DNA of 64,000 nucleotides from the NCBI RefSeq assembly GCF_009914755.1, contig NC_060947.1. One strand, written 5' to 3'. The position numbers were made by a program, and so were the translations under genes. The notes under the pieces were generated by a model. That model worked only from the letters and a program-made list of their open reading frames with translations. It was not told the origin of the DNA and ran no database searches. Shown here in pieces: positions 40,211-64,000 of this stretch (the first letter of the stretch is position 1; each line of letters begins with the position of its first letter). This stretch comes from the human T2T-CHM13v2.0 reference genome, Homo sapiens.

Positions 40211-43200
40211 TGTGATTGAAGGAACATACCTCAACATAATAAAAGCCATGTATGACAGTCGCAGTTAGTATCATACTGAATGGGGAAAAACTGAAATCCT
40301 TTCCTCTAAGATCTGGAACACGACAAGGATGCCCACTTTTGCTTCTGTTATTCAACATAATACTGGAAGACCTAACTAGAGCAATCAGAAAAAAGAAAGA
40401 AAAAAAGGATATCCAAATTGAAAAGGAAGAAGCTGCTGGCCAAGATGGCCAACTAGAAGCAGCTAGCGTGCACTGCTGTCATGAAGAGGAATGGAAGGGG
40501 TGAGTTAATAGACACTTTTAACTGAAACATTTAGGTCCACAGAGTGGAACTAATCAAGAAAACAGCCTGACCCATGGAGAATGGAGAAAAGAAAGAAAAA
40601 CTGATGGCTCACCCAAGAGCAATGTGGAGCCAGGGGAACCTTTCCCACCTAGGGAGGTGGCACTGAAAAATCCGAGGTAACTAGGGACAGGATCAGACCG
40701 CCACCATACCACAGCAGTACTATGGAAAAGTAACCAGACTGTTATGTGGGTGCCCGTTCCCATGTCTCCTCACTGGACAGGTCCTCCAGTCTAGGCCTCC
40801 AGTCACCCTGTGCCAGAGCTATCAAGCCAGTAGCAGCTCTGCAACTACCTAGACAGAGGTCCGAGGGGCAAGTGAAAGCCTCTCTGCCACTGCCTCTGCA
40901 GTGAAACTCCCTTGTTATTCCCAGACTAACAAAGGAGCAAAGGCCCTAAGTGCCTTATCCACACCACCAACAACCTGCAGTAGACACAAGAAGAGGCTAG
41001 TACATTTCCCACAGGTCCACCCACCTCTCCTCCACCTGCTTGCCACCACACAGGAAACACCCAGCTTGGGACCCACAGCACAGATCTTCCATCCTGGGCT
41101 GATTGTACTGGGAAATTGCTGACCTGCATCTTTCTGGGGTAGTGCCTCTGGGAGACAAGCAAAAGACCCATGGCCACAATCACTACTAAGGTCCCTTCTG
41201 CTGCCTTGAAGTTGGGAGAAAAAACACATAAACCCTGAGATTGCCTTAGAGTTGCATTGGGCAGACCAGGCATGCCGAGCCATAATCTACAGCCAGCACT
41301 AAATGGGGAGAAGAACCCACAATTTCAGAGCATTGAGAGCGAAAACAGCTGCAGATCTTATGAAACATAGAAAAACTATACAACAGAGCAGAAGTCTACC
41401 AACTGACAAATATGCCTAGTACCACCTACTGGATCATACCCCAAAGCTTCAACACCAAAAATACCTCATTAATATACCCCTTCTGAAACCAAAGACAAAA
41501 AGTCAGCTTCAAATAAACATCTTGCACAAAGCCTCATACCTGTGAAAACATCCAAAAAAAGCAGTCTATTGACTGTACTCAATCTACACTGCAGTTGAAA
41601 GAACACTCACATGCAGAGATGAGAAACAACCAACGCAAGAACTGCAGTAACTCAAATGGCCAGAGTGTTGTGTGTCCTCCAAATGATTGCACCAGTTCTC
41701 CAACAAGAGCTGTTAACCAAGCTAAGCTTACTGAAATGACAGAAATTAAATTCAGAATATGGATAGGAAGAAAGATCATCAAGATTCAGTAGAATGGCAA
41801 AACCTAATTTAAGGAAACCAAGAATCCCAATAAAATGATACAGGAGCTGAAGAATGAAACAGTCAGTATATTAAAAAAAAAAAAAAAACCTGATGGACAT
41901 GACAGAGCTGAATAATACAATACAAAATCTTTACAATGCTACCATAAATATTAGTAGCATAATAGACCAACTAGAGGAACTAATCTCAGAACTTGAAAAC
42001 TGGCTCTCTGAAATAAAACAATCAGACAAAAAGAAAAAGAAAGAAACAAACAAAAACTCTGAGAAGTATGAGATTATGTAAATATGTCATATCTATGAAT
42101 TACTGGCATCTCTGAAAGGGAGGGGAAAATGCAAATAGCTTGGAAAACATATTTTAGAATATTGTCCATGAAAACTTTCCTAACCTTACTAGAGAGGCCA
42201 ACAGTCAAATTCAGAAAATGCAGAGAATTCCTGCAAGATTCTACAAAAGATCATCCCCAGACACATAATCATCAGATTTTCCAAGGTCAAAATGAAAATA
42301 TGCTAAAGTCAGCAAGAGAAAAAGAGCAGGTCACCTACAAAGGGAACCCCACCAGGCTAACAGTGAACCACTCTACTGAATGAAACCCTACATGCCAGAG
42401 AAGATTGGGGTCCTATATTCAACATTCTTAAAGTCAAAAGTTTTCAACCAAGAATTTCATATGCAGCCAAACTAAGCTTGCTAAGCAAAGGAGAAATAAG
42501 ATGCTTCTTAGATAAGCAAATATCGAGGAAGTTCATTACCACCATACCTGGCTTACAAGAGATATTGAACAAAGCACTAAATATAGAAAGAAGAGACCAC
42601 TACCAGATCATACAAAAACACACTTAAATAAAAGCAACCACACAAGTAAGCCAGATAATTACCAGCTAACAACACGATGACAATATCAAATCCACACATA
42701 TCAATACTAACCTTGTATATAAATGGGCCAAATGCCCCCAAGTAAAAGGCACAGGGTAACAAGTTGCATAAAGAACCAAGACCACTGGTATGCTCTCTTC
42801 AAGAGACTCAACTCACATGTAATGAAATCCTAGGCTCAAAATAAAGGGATGAAGGAAAATCTACCAAGCAAATAGAAAACAGAAAAAAGCAAGAGTTGCA
42901 ATCCTAATTTCAGATAAAACAGATTTTAAACCAACAAAGATCAAAAAAGACAAAAAGAGGCTTACATAATGGTAAAGAGTTCAATTCAGCAAGAAGATCT
43001 AACTATTCTAAATACATATGTACTTAACACAGGAGTACTCAGCTACATAAAGCAAGTTCTTAGAGATTTACAAAAAGACATAGAGTCCCACACAAAAATA
43101 GTGGGAGACTTCAACACTCCACTGACAGTATTAGACAAATTAGTGAAGCAGATAATTAACAAATATATTCAGGACCTGAACTTAACATTGGATCAAGTGG

Positions 43201-45846
43201 ATCTAATAGACATTTACAGAACTCTCAAACCAAAAAAATAAAAAATACATTCTTCTCATAGCCACATGGCATATGCTCTAAAATCAACCACATAATTGGG
43301 AATAAAAAAAATCCTCAGCAAATACAAAAGAACCAAAATCATAATAAATGCACACTCAGAGCACAGCTCAATAAAAAAAGAAGTTGAGACTAAGAAAGTA
43401 ACTCAAAACCATGAAATTACATGGAAATGAAACGACATGCTTCTGAATGATTTTTGGGTAAATAATAAAATTAAGGCAGAAATCAAAAAGTTCTTTGAAA
43501 GTAATGAGTATAAAGACAAAACATACCAGAATCTCTAGGACACAGCTAAGGCAGTGTTACGAGAAAAATTAATAGCACTAAATATTCACATCAAAAACTT
43601 AGAAAGATCTCAACTTAAATGACCTACCATCACAACTGAAAGCATTAGAGAAGCAAGAACAAATCAACCCCAAAGCTAGAAGAAGACAAGAAATCACCAA
43701 AATTAGAGCTAAACTGAAGGAGATGGAGAATGAAAAAACATTCAAAAAATCAATGAATACGGGAGTTGTTTTTTTGAAAAACTCATAATATAGATGGGCT
43801 AGTAGCTAGACTAAGAAAGAAGATAAAACAGAAGATCATTTTCTCTATTAGTCTGTTTTCACGCTGCTATAAAGAGCTGCCTGAGACTGGGTAATTTATG
43901 AAGCAAAAAAGGTTTAGTTGACTCAGTTCCACGTGCTGGGGAGGCCTCAAGAAACATAATCATGGTAGAAGGCGAAAGGGAAACAAGGACTTTTCACATG
44001 GTGGCAGGATTGAAAGGGACTGCCAAACACATTTAAAGCATCAAATCTTGTGAGAACATACTCACTTTTATGAACACAGCATGGGGGAAACATCCCATCA
44101 GGTTTCTCCCTCAACATGTGGGGATTACAATTTGAGATAAAATTTGGGTGGGGACACAGAGCTAAAGCATATCATTTGGCCTCTGGCTCCTCCAAAATCT
44201 AATGTTATTTTTACATTTTAAAACCAATCATGCCTTTCCAACAGTCCTCAAAGGCCTAACTCATTCCAGTATTAACTCAAACATCCAAGTGCAAAATCTT
44301 CATCTGAGACAAGGCAAGTCCTTTCCACCCATAAGCCTGTAAAATAAAAAACGAGTTAGTTACTTGCAAGACATAATGGGAGCACAAACATTGAGTAAAT
44401 GCTCCCATTCCAAAAGGGAGAAATTTACCAAAGCAAAGGGGCAACAAGGCCCATGCAAGTCCAAAACCCAGAAGGGCAGACATTATATCTTAGCACTTTA
44501 TAATAATCTCCTTTGATTCAATTTCTCAGATTCAGGGCATGCTGATGCAAGGGGTGTACACCCAAGGCATTGGGCAGCTCCAGCCCTGTGGATTTGCAAG
44601 GTACAGCCCCTGTGGCTGCTTTCATGGGAAGTGTTGAGTCCTGCATATTTTCCAGGGGCATGGTGCAAGCTGTCAGTGACTCTACCATTCTGCGGTCTGG
44701 AGGATGGTGGTCCTCTTCTCACTGCTCGATTAGGCAGTGCCCCAGTGGAAGTGGGGATTCTTTGTGGGAGCTCCAACCCCCATATCCCCTCTGCATTGCC
44801 CTAGCAAAGTTTCCTCATGAGGGCTCTGATCCTGCAACGGAATTCTGCCTGAACATTCAGGCATTTCCATACATCCTTTAAAATCTAGGCAGAGGATCCC
44901 AAGGCTCAATTCTTATCTTCTGCACACTCACAAGCCCAACACCACATGTAAACCAACAAGGCTTGGGGCTTGAACTCTCTGAAGAAACAACCTGAGCTGT
45001 ACGTTGGCCCCTTTTACCAATGACTGGAGCTGGAGTGGCTGGCATGTAGAGCACCCTGTCCTGAGGCTGTACAGAGCAGTGGCACCCTGGGCCTGGGGCA
45101 CTAAACCATTTCTTTATCCCAGGTCTCTGAGCCTGTATTGGAGGGGCTGCCATGATCTCTGAAATGATCTGGAGACATTTTCCCCATTGTCTTGGTGATT
45201 AACATTCAGCTCCTTGTTACTTATGAAAATTTTTGCAGCTGGCTTAAATTTCTCCCCAGAAAAATGGGTTTTCTTGTCTACCACATGGTCAGGCTTTCCA
45301 TGTGGTAGCCTGGGAACTACCAAAACTTTATGCCCTGTTTCCTTTTTAAATAAAAGTTCCAATTTCAGATAATCTTTTGTGAATGCACAGCACTGTATGC
45401 TTTCAGAATTAGCCAGGTCACCTCTTGAATGCTTTGCAGATTAGAAATTTATTCCACCAGATACCCTAAATTATCTCTCCCAAGTTCAAAGTTCCACAAA
45501 TCTCTATGGCAAAATGCTGCCAGTCTTTGCTAAAGTATAGAAGAGTTACCTTTGCTCCAATTCCCAATAAGTTTCTCATCTCAATCTGAGATGGCCTCAG
45601 CCTGAACTTTATTGTCCATATTACTATTAGCATTTTGATCAAAACCATTCAACAAGTCTCTAGGAAGTACTGATATTTCCCACATCTTCCAGTCTTTTGA
45701 GTCATCCAAAATGTTCCAACCTCCACCCATTTCTAAGTTCCAAAGTTACTTTTATATTTTGGGGTATTTTTATAGTAATACCCCACTCCTAGTACCAATT
45801 TTCTGTATTAGTCCATTTTCAAACTGCAATAAAGAACTGCCTGAGA

Positions 45847-58170
<12,324 letters not shown>

Positions 58171-58246
58171 GAAACTGCAGAAAACTAAAGAGGAAGAGAA
58201 AATCTGAAAACCTCAATAAAATCAACTTACTGGTAAAAAAAAAAAA
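58171..58246 (+). other. Short 3' transduction with its own AATAAA and polyA
   Basis: Non-L1PA sequence after the L1 tail, with aataaa at 58215-58220 and A12 at 58235-58246. Confidence 0.7.
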
Positions 58247-58913
58247 TCACAAAATAACAGATGCTGGAGAGGATGTGGAGAAATAGGAATACTTTTAAAC
58301 TGTTGGTGGGAGTGTAAATTAGTTCAACCATTGTGGAAGACAGTGTGGTGTTTCCTCAAGGATGTAGAACTAGAAATACCATTTGACCCAGCAATCTCAT
58401 TACTGGGTATATACCCAAAGGATTATAAATCATGCTACTATAAAGACACATGCACACATATGTTTTTTGCAGCACTGTTCACAATAGCAAAGACTTGGAT
58501 CCAACCCAAATGCCCATCAATGATACACTGGATAAAGACAATGTGGCACATATACACCATGGAATAGTATGTAGCCATAAAAAAGGATGAGTTCATCTAC
58601 TTTGCAGGGACATGGATAAAGCTGGAAAGCATCATTCTCAGCAAACTATCACAAGGACAGACAACCAAACACCACATGTTCTCACTCATAGGCGGGAACT
58701 GAACAATGAGAACACTTGGACACAGGGCAGGGAACATCACACACTGGGGCCTGTTGGGGGGTCAGGGGCTGAGGGACGGATAGCATTAGGGGAAATACCT
58801 AATGTAAATGACAAGTTGATTAGTGCAGCAAACCAACATGGCACATGTATACACATGTAACCAACCTGCGCATTGTGAACATATACCCTAGATCTTAAGG
58901 TATAATAATAAAA
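58247..58913 (+). mobile_element. Additional L1PA5-like 3' end inside the same TSD pair
   Basis: L1 ORF2 end, 3'UTR and polyA, followed by the right TSD aaagaactgcctgaga at 58914-58929. Confidence 0.88.
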
Positions 58914-61900
58914 AAAGAACTGCCTGAGACTTTGTAATTTATGAAGAAAAATTATTTAATTGAGTGACAGTTCCATTTATCTGGAGGAATTTAGGAAACT
59001 TGCAATTATGGCAAAAGGTGAAGGAGAAGCAACGATCTTCTTAACATAGTGGCAGAAGATAGGGTAGGAAACTGCCAAGCACTTTAAAGGCATCAGATCT
59101 CATGAGAACTCACTCTCTATTATGAGAACAGCATGGGAGAAACTGCCATTATGATCCAATCCCCTCCCACCAGGTCCTTCTCTTAACATGTGAGGATGAC
59201 AATTCAAGATGAGATTAACACAAAGAGAAACCACAAAAAGGATGTTGCCACTGATTCCACAGAAATAAAAATAACCATCTGCAAGTACCATGAACAATGC
59301 AATGCACACAAACTGGGAAACCTAGAAAAGATAAATAAATTCCTGGACACCTACATGCTTCCAAGATTGAAGCAGGAAGAAATTCATTTCCGGAACAGAT
59401 CTATAATGAGCTCCAAAATTAAATCAGTAATAAATACTCTCCCAACCAAAAAAAAAAAAAAAAATCCCAGGACCTGATGGATTCACAGCCAAATTCTACT
59501 AGATGTACAAAGAGCTGGTACCATTCCTACTGAAACTATCCCCCCAAAATTGAGGAGTCCTCCCCAACTCGTTATATGAGTCCAGAATCTTCCTGATACC
59601 AAAACCTGGCAGAGACACTCACACACAAAAGAAAGCCCATCAAATATGCTTGAGGAACAGCAATGTAAACATCCTCAACCAAATACTGGCAAACTGAATT
59701 CTTCAGCACATCAAAATCTAATCCACCATGATCAAGTAGGCTTCATCCCCAGGATGCAAGTTTGGTTCAACATATGCAAATCAATAAATGTGTTTCATTA
59801 CATAAACAGAACTACCTGATTATCTCAATAGATGCAGAAAGGCTTTCTATAGAATTCAACATCCGTTAACATTAAAAACTCTCAATAAATTAGGTATTGA
59901 AGGAACATCCTCAAAATAATAAGAGCTATCTATGTCAAAGTCATTGCCAACATCATACTGAATGGGCAAAAGATGGCAGTGTTCCCCTTGAAAACTGGCA
60001 CAATACAAAGATGCTCTCTCACCACTCCTATTCAAGATAATATTGGAAGTCCTAGCCAGAGCAGTAAGGCAAGAGAAAGAAATAAAGGATATCCAAATAG
60101 AAAAAGAGGAAATCAAAATATCCGTGTTTCTAGATGACATAATTCTATATCAAGAAAACCCCATAGTCTTGGCTCAAAAGCTACTTCAGCTGATAAACAA
60201 CTTCAGCAAAATTTCAGGATACAAAGTCAATGTACAAAAATTACTAGGATTCCTATGCACCAATGACAGCCAAGATGAGAACCAAATCAGGAAGGCTATT
60301 CAATTCACAGCTGCCAAAAAAATAATAAAATATATAGAAATACAGCTAACCAGGAGGTGAAAGACCTCTACAATGGGAATTTAAAACACAGCTAAAAAAA
60401 CAAAACAAAACAAAAACAAAAACATAGAAAACATAGAAGGCACAAACAAATGGAAAAGCATCCCAGGCTCACAGATACGAAGAATCAATATTAAAATGGC
60501 CATACTGCCCAAAGCAGTTGACGTATTCAATGCTATTCCTATCAAACTACCACTGACATTCTTCACAGAACTAGAAAAAAATATTTTAAAATTTACATGC
60601 AACCCAAAAAGAGACTGAATTGCCAAGGCAATCCTAAGCAAAAAGCACAAAGCTGGAGGCATCACACTACTTGACTTCAAACTATACAACAAGGCTACAG
60701 TAACTTCAACAGCATTGTACTTGTACAAAAGCAGGCACACAGACCAATGGAACAGAATAGAGAGCCCAGAAATAAGGCCACACACCTATGACCATCTGAT
60801 CTTCGACAAAGCTGACAAAAACAAGCAATGGAGGATAGACTCCGTATTCAATAAATCATGCTGGGATAACTGGCTAGCCATATGCAGAAAATTGAAGCTG
60901 GACCCCTTTCTTACGCCATATACAATAATCAACTGCAGATGTATTCAATACTTAAATGTAAAATCCAAAGCTATAAAAATCCTGGAAGATAACCTAGGCG
61001 ATACCATCCTGGACATAAGAACAGGCAATGATTTCATGACAAAAACACCAAAAGCAATCTAAACAAAAGCAAAAATGGACAAATGGAATCTAATTAAACT
61101 TAAGAGATTCTGCACAGCAAAATAAACTCTCCACAGAGTAAACAGAAAACATACAGAATGGGAAAAATATCTGTAAACTATGCATCTGACAAAGGTCTAA
61201 TATCCAGCATCTATAAGGAACTTAAACAAATTTACTGGAGAAAACTAAACAACCCCATTAAAAAGTAGGCAAACAACATGAACTGACACTTTTCAAAAGA
61301 AGTCATATATGTGGCCAACAACTATATTTTAAAAAGCTCAATATCACGGATCATTAGAGAAATGCAAATCAAAACCACAATAAGATAGCATCTCACACCT
61401 GTCACAATGGCTATTATTAAAAAGTTAAAAAAAAACAGCTGTTGGTGAGGTTGTGGAGAAAAGTAACACTTATATACAGGTAGTGGAGCATAAATTAGTT
61501 CAATCATCGTGGAAAGTAGTATAGTGATTCCTCAAAGAGCTAAATGCAGAACCACCATTCAATTCAGCAATTCCATTATTGGGTTTATATATTCAGAGGA
61601 ATATAAATCATTCTACCATAAAGACACATGAACATGAATGTTTATTGCAGCACTATTCACAATAGTAAAGACATAAAATCAACCTAAGTGTCCATCAATG
61701 ACAGACTGGATAAAGAAAATGTGGTACATATACACCACGGAATACTCTTCAGCCATTAAAAAAAATGAGATCATGTCTTTTAGGGGAACATGAATGGAGC
61801 TGGAGGCTGTTATTCTTAGCAAACTAAAACAGGAACAGAAAAATAAATACTGCATGTTCTTATAAGTGGGAGCTAAATGATGAAAACTCACTAATACAAA

Positions 61901-62060
61901 GAAAGAAACAATGAACACCTGGGTTTACTTGTGGGTGGAGGGTAGAAGGAGGGAGAGGACAAGAAAAAATAACCATTGGGTACTAGGCTTAATACCTGGG
62001 TGATGAAATTATACTTATAACAAACGTCCATGACACGATTTTACCAGTATAACAAACATT

Positions 62061-63830
62061 CGGGGGGTGGAGCCAAGATGGCTGAATAGGAACAGCTCCA
62101 GTCTACAGCTCCCAGCATGAGCGACACAGAAGACAAATGATTTTTGCATTTCCAACTGAGGTACTGGGTTCATCTCACTGGGAATTGTTGGACAGTGGGC
62201 GCAGGACAGTGAGTGCAGTGTACCAAGCCTGAGCCAAAGCAGGACAAGGCATCACCTCACCTGGGAAGCACAAGGGGTCAGGGAATTCCCTTTCCTAGCC
62301 AAGGACAGATGGCACCTGGAAAATCAGGTCACTCCCACCCTAATACTGCGCTTTTCTGATGGTCTTAGAAAACGGCACACTAGATTATATCCTGGGCCTG
62401 GCTAAGAGGGTCCTACGCCCACGGAGCCTCACTCATTGCTAGAAAGCAGTCCAAGATCAAACTGCAAGGCAGCAGTGAGGTTGGGGGAGGAGCGCAGGCA
62501 ATTGCTGAGGCTTGAGGAGGTAAAAAAAGTGGCTGGGAAGCTTGAACTGGGTGTAGCCCACTGCAGCTCAAGGAGGCCTGCCTGCCTCCATAGACTCCAA
62601 CTCTGCAGGCAGGGCATAGCCAAACAAAAGGCAGTAGAAACCTCTGCAGACGTAAATGTCCCTGTCTGACAGCTTTGAACATAGTAGCAGTTCCCCCAGC
62701 ACACAGCCGGAAATCTGAGAATGGACAGACTGCCTCCTCAAGTGGGTCCCTGACCCCCAAGTAGCCTAAAAGGGAGGCACCCCCCAATAGGGGCAGACAG
62801 ACACCTCACATGGCAGGGTACTCCTCTGAGATCAAACTTCCAGAGGACCGATCAGGAAGCAACATTTGCTGTTCACCAACATCTGCTGTTCTGCAGGCTC
62901 CGCTGCTGATACCCAGGCAAACAGGCTCTGGAATGGACCTCCAGCGAACTCCAACAGGCCTGCAGCTGAGGGTCCTGACTGTTAGAAAGAAAACTAACAA
63001 GCAGAAAGGAGATCCACACCAAAACCCCATCTGTATGTCACCATGATCAAAGACCAAAGGTAGATAAAACCATAAAGATGGGGAAAAAACAGAGCAGAAA
63101 AACTGAAAAGTCTAAAAATCAGAGTGTGTCTCCTCCTCCAAAGGAACACAGCTCCTCACCAGCAATGGAACACAGCTGGATGGAGAATGACTTTGACGAG
63201 TTGAGAGAAGAAGGCTTCAGACAATCAAACTACTCCATGCTAAAGGTGGAAGCTCCAACCTATGGCAAAGAAGTTAAAAACCTTGAAAAAAGATTAGATG
63301 AACGGCTAACTAGAATAACCAATGCAGAGAAGTCCTTAAAGGACCTGATGGAGATGAAAACCAAGGCACGAGAACTACGTGACGAATGCACAAGCCTCAG
63401 TAGCTGATTCGATCAACTGGAAGAAAGGGTATCAGTGATGGAAGATCAAACGAAAGAAATGAAGTGAGAAGAGAAATTTAGAGAAAAAAGAATAGAAAGA
63501 AATGAACAAAGCCTTCAAGAAATATGGGACTATGTGAAAAGACCAAATCTACGTCTGATTGGTGTACCTGAAAGTGACGGGGAGAATGGAACGAAGTTGG
63601 AAAACACTATGCCACAGATTATTCAGGAGAATTTCCCCAATCTAGCAAGGCAGGCCAACATTCAGATTCAGGAAATACAGAGAATACCACAAAGATACTC
63701 TTCGAGAAGAGCAACTCCAAGACACATAATTTTCAGATTCACCAAAGTTGAAATGAAGGAAAAAATGTTAAGGGCAGCCAGAGAGAAAGGTCGGGTTACC
63801 CACAAAGGGAAGCCCATAAGACTAACAGCG
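62061..63830 (+). mobile_element. L1PA4/5-like 5'UTR and ORF1, running off the window
   Basis: ggggggtggagccaagatggctgaatagg 5' end. ORF1 MGKKQSRK at 63078 with premature stops. Confidence 0.9.
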
Positions 63831-64000
63831 GGCCGGGCGTGATGGCTCACGCCTGTAATCCCAGCACTTTGGGAGGCCGAGGCGGGTGGATCACGAGGTC
63901 AGGAGATCGAGACAATCCTGGCTAACATGGTGAAACCCCGTCTCTACTAAAAATACAAAAAATTAGCCGGGCGTGGTGGCGGGCGCCTGTAGTCCCAGCT
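63831..64000 (+). mobile_element. AluY (partial, at window edge) inserted in L1 ORF1
   Basis: ggatcacgaggtcaggagatcgagac.atcctggctaac, CpG-rich. Confidence 0.9.

Overview
Primate, almost certainly human, genomic DNA: it contains two AluYb8 copies, a human-specific subfamily. Most of the window is transposable elements: deeply nested LINE-1 of many ages, THE1/MST/MLT1 MaLR LTR elements, a MER11 (HERV-K11/HML-8) solo LTR, six Alus, and MIR and CR1/L3 relics. I see no intact cellular gene, RNA gene or CRISPR array. Essentially all long ORFs are L1 ORF1/ORF2 pieces, MaLR internal ORF pieces or antisense shadows. The most notable non-TE signal is a degenerate ~45-58 bp repeat array (about 19000-23370, split by Alu, MIR and THE1 insertions). 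It reads in frame as a 15-18 aa repeat, E-x-E-D-F-F-[YH]-[DE]-Q-S-S-H-G, suggesting a decayed repeat-protein coding exon that I do not recognise. Other points: two composite L1 insertions (full-length L1 plus an extra L1 3' end within one TSD pair, one with a polyadenylated 3' transduction), a MER11 LTR inside a young L1PA2-like element, an L1 joined to its host L1 at the homologous position with a 39-bp duplication, a templated insertion plus inversion in an MLT1 LTR, and two AluYb8 within 4 kb. Subfamily calls were made by eye from remembered diagnostic motifs and need RepeatMasker/Dfam confirmation.
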